Below are positions 1-9,444 of a DNA stretch of 64,000 bases, one piece after another (position 1 is the first letter of the stretch; every line of letters begins with the position of its first letter). Origin of the DNA: Podarcis melisellensis (lineage: Eukaryota); NCBI GenBank assembly GCA_964234715.1, contig OZ174281.1, one strand, 5' to 3'. The position numbers and the translations under genes are program-made. The notes under the pieces were generated by a model. That model saw only the letters and a list, made by a program, of their open reading frames with translations, searched no databases and was not told where the DNA came from.

Positions 1-1077
1 ACATTTGGCTGCTTAATGCACCCTGAAAATCTTCCATGGAACCCCTATGAAACAAAGAATATTCTGGAGTATATTTCTGGGCACATGCTCAGTTCATATG
101 GGAAACTGGTCAAGCGTGTTGGGCCAAACCCACAAGCACATCATTTACTCCAAAGCACACCCAATAGTATCTATAGCTGGAGGATTGATAGTGGTGGGGA
201 AATTTAGAAAACTAGAGTTCAAAGGAAAATGTTCCTCTTCAACAAGGGCATGCAAATATGTGTTCTGCATTAAGTCACATCATAAGAAAGGGATTTTTTT
301 GTTTTTGTTTATAACAGCAAGCTTTTTATGGCAAATTTCCTTAACTGTGTCTTCTAGCCTGAGTAAAATTAGTTTGTGCTAAGGGTCAAACTGACTGGGA
401 TGAAATCTGCTCTGGAAGGCCCTTGCAGAGATCCTATTATGCACTCCAGCATGTCCCCAAATACCCCTTTAGGGAGGACTGCAAGGAGCACAGCACCAGA
501 GCGCATAGTTCCTTCTGGGTCCTATTGACTATTGTGTAGGGGGAAGAGCAAGAAGATTTGCACTGAGCTTCTGCGAGCTTTTCAAAATGCCTTTGTTTGC
601 ACACTGCATAATCAAGTAGGCCCACACAGGCAGGGGGAGGAGGGGCACAGTTTGCTTTTGCCAGAAAAGTTAACATTTAAAAAGGGATCAAACTACTAAC
701 AGTCCTCTCCATTTAGAAAATGCAACGATCCCAATGATGATAAACCTTCCCACAATTTAAACTTTCAGTCAAGTATTGTGATCTTCAGCTTCCCTTATCT
801 AGATGGCTAATGGCTGCATGAGCCTCTCCTCTCTACTCACCCCCTTTCCAAGTTTTCCTTCCATTCACAGAAACCACCCTTTGGCCTTTTCTGATCTTAG
901 TTCATCTGGAGCACTCCCTCATCCAACACTTCTGTCATTGGCCCCTCTGCTTTCTTTTGCTTGTGACGTTGTAAGGACCAAGACTATTCATTTCCTAAGC
1001 CACCTGTTTCTTCTTTTCCATGCCCTTTCTGAACATCAGAGCACCCGATCCAATGAACATAGAAAGTTAACTGATAG

Positions 1078-1186
1078 TAATAATAATAATAATTTATTAT
1101 TTATACCCTGCCCATCTGGCTGGGCCTCCCCAGCCACTCTGGGCGGCTTCCAAAAAAAATATTAAAATACTGTAATACATCAAACA
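1078..1186 (-). mobile_element. 3' tail of a squamate non-LTR retroposon (SINE/LINE) ending in (TTA)n
   Basis: Reverse complement of TTGGAAGCCGCCCAGAGTGGCTGGGG..CCAGCCAGATGGGC.GGGTATAAATAATAA. The same tail recurs at about 2480-2540 (+), 34250-34365 (+) and 36080-36160 (-). Confidence 0.7.
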
Positions 1187-1869
1187 GAGCCAAATGGCTG
1201 ATACATCTTTTTCAGTATTGTCTACTAACTGACTGACAATAGCTGTCCCAGGTTTGGGACAGGGGTCTTTCTTAACTGGAAATGCCAGGGGTTGAATCTG
1301 TATGTTCTCTGTCACAGAGCTACAGTGATCCTGGCTCACCCACACTGCCACTTGACCTATATTTTGCTCATATTGTGTACTGATTAACTCCCCCAAGTCA
1401 AAAAGCTTTTTTTGTGTGTTTTGCGAATGTGCTTTGCAAAAACCTAATCTCATCTGCTGAATCGAAGCTCAGTTAACCAAAATCTCTCTTTGTATTTCCC
1501 GTGTATCTGATAATAAGCACTAAGCTCCCTCTGAGAGTTATCTTCATGGACAATTGCTTAGGGCCAGGCTATGAATTTGACATCCCCATGGTTTTAGGTT
1601 CATGGTTCATGGTTCATGACCAACTGTGGAGCATAGCAACTGAGCCGGAATGTGAACTTAGGTCTCCAGGCTCCAAACACAGTGGGTTGGAGTCAGACTC
1701 AATTGGGGCAACTTAGTTCACATTGATTTCACCATCAGAAATCAATTGATTTCACCATCAGAAAGTGTCTTTCAAGTTCTCTCTAGAAACAATACCATTT
1801 AAGCTTGTTGAACCTTAGCTGGTATAGGATTTTCCAATATGCAGCTTGAGGATACTCCTGAATCCTTTG

Positions 1870-2940
1870 CTGCCTGCCACTTGAGGCTTAGGTGACTTCA
1901 GTGGTGCAGAGTGCCTTCCATCAGCTTTGGCTTGTGGCCGAGCTGCAACCATATCTGGACAGGGACAGCCTAACTACTGCTGTCTATGCTCTGGTAACCT
2001 CTAGATTAGATTACTGCAACATGCTTTATGTAGGGCTGCTTCTGAAGACAATTTGGAAACTTCAGCTGGTGTAGAATCTGGTGGTCAGGTTGCTCTCCAA
2101 AGCAAGATGGATTGAGTATATTACACTGATCCTGGCCCAACTGCACTGGCTGCCAATTAGCTTCCAGGCCCAATTCAAAGGGCCTATAAAGTCTTAAATG
2201 ACTCAGGTCTGCAACACCTCAATGACCACCTCTCTTCACATGAGCCCACAGACCCTCCAAGTGTCCCTATTTTTCAGGGACGTCCCAGATTTAGAGAAGC
2301 TGTCCCAGTTTCAGATTTGATCCCAGAATGTCCAGCTTTTCCATTGGATGTTCTTATTTTCACTGGAGAAATGTTGGAGGGTATGGAGTTATCTGACCCC
2401 CAAGTTGTCTGAAGGCAATCCTGTATAGGGAAGTGGTTTTTTAAAAAATGTTTAATGTTTTATTATGTTTCTATATATGTTGGAAGCTGCCCAGAGTGGC
2501 TGGGGCAACCCGGTGAGATGTGTGGGGTATAAAGAGTAAAATTATCATTATGGAATGGGACGTCCCTATTTTCATTGGAGAAACGTTGGAGGGTATGAAC
2601 CTACCTGGACCCTGAGATCATCCTCTGAGGCCCTTCTTCATGTGCCACTTCCATGAGAGGTCTGGAGGGCGGCAACACAAGAACGGGCCTTTTCTGCAGT
2701 GGCTCTCTACTTGTGGGGTGGTTTGCTTGGCACCTTCATTATACACCTTTAGGTGTCAGGTGAAAAGGTTCGTCTTCAACCAGGCCTTTGGCTGATTGAC
2801 ATCTGATGCCCTTTTAAATGTGTTGTGGGATTTCTGGTTTGTTTTTGTTCTTATTTTTATTAAGCACTTTGTGTTTTGTATATTGCAATTGTATGCTGTG
2901 AACTGCCCTGAGATCTATGGATGAAGGGCAGTATACTACT
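1870..2940 (+). mobile_element. L2-clade LINE 3' fragment, degenerate, split by a MITE at 2249-2597
   Basis: ORF 1892-2074 has the L2 ORF2 C-terminal motif LVTSRLDYCNMLYVGL. It is followed by 3'UTR and the terminal stem-loop CTGCCCT...AGGGCAG-TATA. Confidence 0.85.
2249..2597. mobile_element. Non-autonomous DNA transposon (MITE) with an internally duplicated right end
   Basis: TIRs CAGACCCTCCAA (2249-2260) and TTGGAGGGTATG (2586-2597). A second right-end copy ends at 2385. L2 sequence resumes after 2597. Confidence 0.7.
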
Positions 2941-2962
2941 GCTGCTGCTGCTACTACTACTA

Positions 2963-3204
2963 CAGTGGTACCTCAGGTTACATATGCTTCAGGTTACATA
3001 TGCTTCAGGTTACAGACTCCGCTAACCCAGAAATAGTGCTTCAGGTTAAGAACTTTGCTTCAGGATGAGAACAGAAATTGTGCCCTGGCGGCGCGGCAGC
3101 AGCAGGAGGCCCCGTTAGCTAAAGTGGTGCTTCAGGTTAAGAACAGTTTCAGGTTAAATATGGACCTCCGAAACGAATTAAGTACTTAACCTGAGGTACC
3201 ACTG
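2963..3204 (+). mobile_element. Tc1/mariner (Tigger/pogo-like) MITE, family A
   Basis: TIR CAGTGGTACCTCAGGTTA / TAACCTGAGGTACCACTG with TA on both sides. Four more copies are in the window. Confidence 0.9.
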
Positions 3205-4427
3205 TACTACTAATAGAATTATCTTTAGTTTGAAAGTTATTTCCCCTCCATTTCTTTTCTCTCCAACCCCTCCCCCTGCAAGTGCATTCTTTGCCCTAGA
3301 TGTGACTCAATGCAGCACCAAGAACAATGGTGGCTCACGGTATAGAAAAGCAGCAGTGATCGATGGAGCTTAACACAATATCAGCTTTTCAGTCAGAGCA
3401 TTCTGGAGTGAGAAACTGCTTGCACAGTACCAAGCTTTGTACCAGTTAGTGGGAGTTACTGCTATTAAAAAAAACACAAAACCTTTTTGCAAAAAAGAAA
3501 AAAAGCAGTTAGCTTTTCAAATATGTATAGTATTCTTCAGTATAGCATCATACAAAAAAGCACACAGAAAGAAATATGTGGGTTTTTCAAGAACAAAGCT
3601 ATAGGAATGGTAATAAATAGGCAGCTCCCAATGTTCCAGGGCTCAGAAAACTCTTTCTGAACTCTACTGAGTCCTGGTGAGTTTTTCTTCCACTCATATA
3701 ATTCCAAGTGACTCAGAACCAACCTGGACCACTTGGCAATGGTAAGTAGCTGATGGTTCTTCTGAGGGATGATGAAGAATACAAGATACCAAGAGAACTG
3801 CTATGGTTGCCCTCTCTATCCCCTGTAACAGTCACCCTGCAGGGCTGTAAGCTCAGTGGTCAAGTGTGTGCTTTGCCTGCAGGAAACTCCAGGTTCAGTC
3901 CCAGGAGTTGCCAGGTAAGATATCTCAAGTGGTCAAGATTCCAGGCCAAGGTATATGGGGCAATGGGAGTTATATGGTTTGTCCTCTTCAGGTATAAAGG
4001 AGGACAGGGTGTCCATTTTGCTACAATTCTCAGAGTTCCCCATGAAAAGAGATGGATTGTTAAACCACTTTGGCAATGGTAGCTCTGGGAGTCTCCTCAC
4101 ACCTCTTAGCACCCTTAAATGAACTACAGCTCCCAGAATTCTTTTGGGGGAACCATGACTGTTTAAAGAAGTATCATGGGGCTTCAGATGTATGGCATGG
4201 GTATCATCTAGAACTGGCTAATTGGTTCATATGACTCTTTTATAATCTATACTAGTGGCCTATTCATTTCCAGGCTCTTTAAACCATCATGGGCCTGCGA
4301 AATGACTGTTTAATTACCCACGTGCTCCACTCAATACCTGAGGCTCATCTGAAGTTTGGCACAGTCTTCTCACCTGAGGCACCAGCATCATGACATGCCC
4401 TCTCTATGAAGGCTGTCAAAATCTCAC

Positions 4428-4554
4428 CAGTTTTGGTCTTCAGACGCTAGGCTAAAACCTGGCTTTCCAGAAAGGCCTTTGGGAGCAACTAATGCAGTGT
4501 CCTTGATTTCCTTAATGGTGTTTGTTTTGCACTGTTTTGCTTGGTGTTGAGTTC
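4428..4554 (-). CDS. Candidate internal coding exon of the unidentified host gene: (G)TQHQAKQCKTNTIKEIKDTALVAPKGLSGKPGFSLASEDQN(W/C)
   Basis: Minus strand tttcataaccgcAG|GAACTC...AAACTG|GTGAGA; 127 nt. Only the phase-1 frame is open, which is compatible with exon 21203-21110. Sequence is non-repetitive. Confidence 0.55.
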
Positions 4555-5197
4555 CTGCGGTTATGAAATAAATTACCACAGCAATAAAACAAATGTTTAA
4601 TTTTTTAAAAAATCTCACTGTGTTAAATGAAAGCTACTTTGAATTAAAATCAAAGAAAGTAGCCAAGAAAAACAATGCATTATGTCTGTGGACCATAGAC
4701 TTTAATTTATGGGATCTGCAAGTCTCTGGAATATTGCTTGTGGCAATATTACATAATTTGTAATAATAAAAGGTATGCTAGCTAAAGGTGATAAACTCAC
4801 ATAGACCTGTAATTTTGGAAAAGAACACACTCCCCACTCAAGACAACATTTCAACTATAGAAAAGTGCTGTGAAACTAATCTTATGGCACCTGGAAGAAA
4901 GGCAAGTTACAAAATATTAGCTTTATTATTTGCTGGTGTTAAGTGTCATCAGACTCAACCATTTTTGATGTGGTAGCATATACTTTCAATTTTAGTAGCA
5001 AATGGGTTTGAAATGGCTAATGTAAACTTCTGCATCATTGGTTAAAAACAATGTTAGCTTCATTTATAAAACAATTTCCATCCTCTTTACCGACATGTAC
5101 TATAACACAGGGGTCAGCAACCTTTTCCAGCCATGGGCTGGTCCGCCATCCATGTGGTGGGTCGGACTATATATATAGTCCGACCCACCACATGAAA

Positions 5198-5246
<49 letters not shown>

Positions 5247-5290
5247 GGTTTTGGTGTCCTCGGGTGTCTTCCCGTGTAAAAGTTGGGGTG

Positions 5291-5337
5291 TCTAGGCGAC
5301 GTTTCGACGAGGTCTCACTCGTCATCTTCAGGCTGGT
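5291..5337 (-). ncRNA. Minimal type I hammerhead ribozyme motif in the 3' pseudo-LTR
   Basis: Minus strand CUGAAGA-U-GACGAG(UGAGAC)CUCGUC-GAAA-C-GUC^GCCUAG: conserved core, 6-bp helix II, palindromic ACGU helix III. Predicted cut between 5298 and 5297. Confidence 0.8.
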
Positions 5338-6839
5338 GCTTTCGGCTTCTTGTTACTGGAACAGAGCAGGATCTCAGTGTTTGAGTTCCTATAAATACTG
5401 TTGAGGGGGTGTGGTGTATAGCCTCCAATGTTCTGGGCAGAGAGGAAGTTCCCAGGCTAGTGTGCCTTTTCTTCTTTTGTTCCTTGATTACTTGAGGGAT
5501 ATCTTGAGTGATTTCTTGAGTGATATCCTGAGTACCACTTAGGTGGGTCATTAGGTGTGGATTAGTTGCTAAAGTCTTTGTGTCTTGACCTCTTGAACTT
5601 TGTGAAGAGTTTTTCTGAGAAGATGGCTGTACTGCACTTAGTTGTGCTCTGGCTTGGCTTCGTGTATAGGGGCGAGCTGTGGTTTTGTGGCCTGTGTCAG
5701 CCAGATCTGTGTAGGGATTGCAGGGGGGTGCAGCATCCGGAGGTGCCACCATGGTTTGGCTACTGGATGGTGTCTGTAATTTATCTGTGGAGAGGGTCTG
5801 GGTTTGGGTCTGGTGTGGTTGATTGGTGATGGCGTTCTGTGTGCCTCTGGATCTGGTGTCAGTTTTTGTGGGGAGGGCTAATTTCCAGATGTCTGGCAAG
5901 CGGGATGTGTCGTCACGCTTGTTCATGTTGTGAGGGTGTTTCTCTATCTCGATGGCTTCCATGATTATTCTCTTGTGGTGATGTTCCATGTTAAAGAGCA
6001 ATTTGGAATCTGCAAAATTAATTTCGTGTCCTGTTTCTTTCATGTGTTGGAAAAGAGAGGAAGTTTTTTCTTCTTTTTTGACGGCATTCTTGTGTTCTGC
6101 GATACGTGCATTTATTCGTCTGTTTGTTTGTCCAATGTACGTGGCTGGGCAGACTTTGCAGGGTATTTCATAGACCCCTTGGTTTTCCAACTGGATTTTA
6201 TCCTTGGGGTTTCTGAGGATATTGGCTATTTTTTGGTTGGTGCAAAAGGCTGTTTTGATATTGTGTTTATGGAGGATTTTGCTAATTTTATCTGTAGTGC
6301 CCTTGATATAAGGAAGGAGGGCCATGCCATTGTTTTCTTCTGTGTCTTGGTTTTTGGGGGGTGTTTCTTTTTGGATTAGCTTCGTAACCCTGTTTTGCTG
6401 GTATCCATTGGCAATTAACACATTTGAGAGATTCTGTAACTCAGTTGTCAAGTGGTCTTTGTCAGCCAGGCGTTTGGTTCTGGAGATGAGAGTCTTGGCT
6501 ACGGAGTTTATTTGTGCAGGGTGGTGGTGTGATTGTGCATGTAAGTAGCGGTTGGTGTGTGTTTTTTTCCGGTAGATAGTGTGTCCTAGGGAGCCATCAG
6601 GTTTTTTGTAGATTAGGACGTCAAGGAAGGGAAGTTGGTTGTTGGCTTCTATTTCCATAGTGAATTGTATTTTGGGGTGTAGGCTGTTGAGATGTGTGAG
6701 GAAGCTATCCAGTTTTTCCTTCCCGTGTGGCCAAATTACAAAGGTGTCGTCAACATATCTGAGCCAAAGTTTGGGTTTGTGTTCTGACTTGTCTAAAGCA
6801 TTGGTTTCAAAGTGTTCCATGTACAGGTTTGCGATGACC
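5315..6839 (-). CDS. PLE polyprotein C-terminal part: RT motifs 5-7 and thumb, GIY-YIG endonuclease, low-complexity tail (5'-truncated)
   Basis: Uninterrupted frame with VIANLYME, WLRYVDDTFVIW, LPFLDV, IYRKKTHTNRYL, then GVYEIPCKVCPATYIGQT..R..EH..E (GIY-YIG). There is no Cys knuckle between RT and EN, unlike Neptune-type PLEs. The first ~37 aa of the supplied 544-aa ORF come from the inversion and are artefactual. Confidence 0.93.
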
Positions 6840-6955
6840 AACCACTGCCTAACCAACACGTACTTCATCCACAATGGACAAAGATACAAACAGATAGAAG
6901 GAGCACCTATGGGATCACCCCTCTCACCGGTCATCGCAAACCTGTACATGGAACA
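6840..6955 (+). pseudogene. Inverted RT fragment of the same PLE (NHCLTNTYFIHNGQRYKQIEGAPMGSPLSPVIANLYME)
   Basis: RT motif B' (GxPMGSPLSP), which directly precedes the minus-strand ORF, is here on the + strand. A 27-nt overlap is duplicated as an inverted repeat at 6813-6839 / 6929-6955. Confidence 0.9.
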
Positions 6956-6964
6956 AGTGGTACT

Positions 6965-7292
6965 CCTAAGTGGTACTCAGGATATCACTCAAGAAATCAC
7001 TCAAGATATCCCTCAAGTAATCAAGGAACAAAAGAAGAAAAGGCACACTAGCCTGGGAACTTCCTCTCTGCCCAGAACATTGGAGGCTATACACCACACC
7101 CCCTCAACAGTATTTATAGGAACTCAAACACTGAGATCCTGCTCTGTTCCAGTAACAAGAAGCCGAAAGCACCAGCCTGAAGATGACGAGTGAGACCTCG
7201 TCGAAACGTCGCCTAGACACCCCAACTTTTACACGGGAAGACACCCGAGGACACCAAAACCTGCATTCCTGTACCCGTGAAAATCTACGAAA

Positions 7293-7296
<4 letters not shown>
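6965..7296 (+). repeat. Inverted pseudo-LTR of the PLE with a ~30-nt tail extension
   Basis: 6965-7266 is the reverse complement of 5242-5543 (no mismatches seen by eye). An extra TCCTGTACCCGTGAAAATCTACGAAAGCAT precedes the (TA)n. Confidence 0.92.
7171..7216 (+). ncRNA. Minimal type I hammerhead ribozyme motif in the inverted pseudo-LTR
   Basis: CTGAAGA 7177-7183, helix II GACGAG 7185-7190 / CTCGTC 7197-7202, GAAA 7203-7206, GTC 7208-7210 with the predicted cut after 7210. Confidence 0.8.
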
Positions 7297-7334
<38 letters not shown>

Positions 7335-7339
<5 letters not shown>

Positions 7340-7479
7340 GGTTTTGGTGTCCTCGGGTGTCTTCCCGTGTAAAAGTTGGGGTGTCTAGGCGACGTTTCGC
7401 CTAGACACCCCAACTTTTACACGGGAAGACACCCGAGGACACCAAAACCTGCATTCCTGTACCCGTGAAAATCTACGAA

Positions 7480-7484
<5 letters not shown>
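7335..7484. repeat. Small fold-back made only of pseudo-LTR 3' ends, between (TA)n tracts
   Basis: Minus arm 7335-7399 (ATGCAG...GGCGACGTTTCG) and plus arm 7397-7484 (TCGCCTAGAC...CTACGAAAACAT). Confidence 0.9.
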
Positions 7485-7517
<33 letters not shown>

Positions 7518-8384
7518 GGGGGGGATGAATGAATTCCTATGCTCAACAAATAACCAGAGATGCATTTTAAATAAAAACACACATTCTACTCATGTAAAAA
7601 CACCAGGCAGGCCCCACAAATAACCCAGAGAATGCATTTTAAATAAAAGGACACATTCTACTCATGTAAAAGCACGTTGATTCCCGGACGGTCCGTGGGC
7701 CAGATTGAGAAGGCAATTGGGCCGCATCTGGCCCACAGACCTTAGGTTGCCTACCCCTGCTGTAACATATATATCACAGAATGCCGAAGATGTGAGCTGA
7801 CATTAATTCTGTATGGAGCATCAAACGTTTAATGAATTACGTATCAACAAAGTCTCTTCCATACCCTCCAAACTCAATTACAGATACATAATTAATATCT
7901 ACCATCCAGGGCTTCCCATCTCCACCTTTGACTCCCTTGGAAGAAGATGTGGGGTAAAAATCTAACAAATCGTTATCAACGTCAACATTTCCTGGCATAA
8001 CAAAGTACTCAACAAAAAGTCGATCAAAACCATTTCCTGTATTATCTAGCTACCATTTCTGTTGTCTTAGAGTCCTTCCAGATATACATTTTACAGTGCT
8101 ATAGTTTCAGTTTGTTCCTTAGTTTTTTTAAAAAAAGTAAGATTGTAGCAGATTTCCCACAGCACCAGTCAAATGTCACTGTTCTTTTCGACAGTGATTA
8201 TACTTTTCCCCATCTACACCAAAACAATGTTCTGTGACTGTAGTACTGCGTCCTCTAGCCATAAAATGTTGGAGTTCTGAGTATTTACAGCCCTTTTAGG
8301 GGGTGGTACTGGTGATCATTAACACCTGGCATTCTGAAAGTTTGTTTGCGAGGGAGATTAGGAGATTGGACAGCAGGTGCTTAC

Positions 8385-8416
8385 TGACTCTTTTGGTCTG
8401 AGCTCTGGATGGCCTC
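8385..8416 (-). CDS. Candidate 32-nt micro-exon of the host gene
   Basis: ttttctgccctcattggcctcctttgacAG|GAGGCC...GAGTCA|GTAAGC; good splice signals and open in all three frames. Confidence 0.35.
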
Positions 8417-8835
8417 CTGTCAAAGGAGGCCAATGAGGGCAGAAAAGGCATGAAACAGAAGTTGCTCAAACCAGCTCTGCCCCCTGAATACCACACAAAA
8501 TGCAGGAAATTGCTCAAATGACTTTCCACACAACGAAAATACTGCATAACCTTCCAGATATTTCACAAATGTCTTTTTTTTGTAATAGAAGAAAAAGGGG
8601 ATTGATGATTGCACGAGCCCATTCCCTTGTTTCCATTAGTGGCCAACATTTTCAAAGCCAACCACACTGACTGCTTGGTTTGCACACAGCTGAGGTACTT
8701 CTGTATAGGACAGAGATGGGGATCCTATAGCCCTCCAGGTATGTTCTTTTCACTCCAACTCCCATCAGCCCCTGCTGGCATGAAACAATGGCCAAGGATG
8801 ATGGAAGCCAATGGCAGGTTCCTCCTCCTTGCTAT

Positions 8836-9315
8836 CTGTTGTTGGCATTCATCCGTCTTGAGATACAATGAAGTCCCTCTGGGGGCGATGTCAAACTGCT
8901 GCGTTAGCAGCATTGAAATGACCACACCAGGGCACAAGCCTGGGCAGGGTGTATGGAAAGTCCTGCGATCCCCAGATGGCAAGATCCAGCTCTCGGCTTT
9001 CCTGATGTGGTTCAAAGGAAAGCACAGCAATATGTTTGGCAACAGCTTGGCTGCGGGAATTGCCAGGAGGAGGTGCAGAAGGTGCCATCCAACTGCCTTA
9101 AGGACTCCACTCCATATTTCTGTTGGGTTTCCTCCTTAGCCTTTTCTTCTCCCTAAGATATCCCACAGGGCAGCAGAGGTTTCGGATCAGAGTTCTGCTT
9201 CTCCCTTGCCAGGTTGATGAGCCCCATCTGCCCTTCTCTCCCCTCTAAAGAAACTACATTATTGAGCACTGCACCCACTATTGGTCTCATCCACTCTACC
9301 TGCCAAAGCCTGCCT
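8836..9315 (-). mobile_element. Probable non-autonomous RTE-derived element (RTE 5'UTR-like part plus 3' end, no ORF)
   Basis: Minus strand GGGAGAAGCAGAACTCTGATCCGAAACC (9205-9178) resembles the RTE 5'UTR motif GGAGAAGGAAAACTCTGA..AAACC, and the element ends ...GAATGCCAACAACAG. Recognised from memory; boundaries approximate. Confidence 0.5.
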
Positions 9316-9375
9316 TTGCACATATAATTCACACATTCAAATAAAGGACAGTCAGATACTACAGTAACCTGAGGA

Positions 9376-9395
9376 CAACAACAACAACAACAACA

Positions 9396-9441
<46 letters not shown>
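9376..9441. repeat. Compound microsatellite (CAA)n(TAA)n
   Basis: Read directly from the sequence. Confidence 0.95.

Positions 9442-9444
<3 letters not shown>

Larger units (their letters stand above)
5242..7484 (-). mobile_element. Penelope-like retroelement (Penelope/Poseidon type), 5'-truncated, with inverted pseudo-LTRs, in (TA)n
   Basis: RT plus GIY-YIG ORF on the minus strand; 302-bp inverted repeat 5242-5543 / 6965-7266; hammerhead motifs in the repeats; (TA)n at 5200-5242, 7295-7336 and 7483-7514. Confidence 0.95.
5108..7759. mobile_element. hAT-family MITE (5108-5172 and 7515-7759) interrupted by the Penelope-like insertion
   Basis: TIRs CAGGGGTCAGCAACCT / AGGTTGCCTACCCCTG; 8-bp TSD CTATAACA (5100-5107) / CTGTAACA (7760-7767). 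Confidence 0.85.

Noticed and set aside
1722-1763. Short tandem duplications (23-bp unit here; also about 25455-25490 and 50160-50193)
   Set aside because: Ordinary replication slippage with no further structure.
2963-3204. Recurring GCTTCAGGTTA units as a CRISPR-like array
   Set aside because: They are irregularly spaced subterminal repeats inside a TA-flanked MITE in vertebrate DNA, and no cas genes are present.
5315-5317. TGA as a selenocysteine codon, as in some PLE clades
   Set aside because: It is far from the endonuclease Cys motif, no SECIS is evident, and readthrough reaches (TA)n after about 24 codons.
5566-6548. Plus-strand ORFs within the PLE
   Set aside because: They are antisense shadows of the RT/EN frame.
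6840-6949. N-terminal ~37 aa of the 544-aa ORF as a genuine start
   Set aside because: It is the antisense reading of the inverted RT fragment. The element lacks RT motifs 1-4 and cannot be autonomous.
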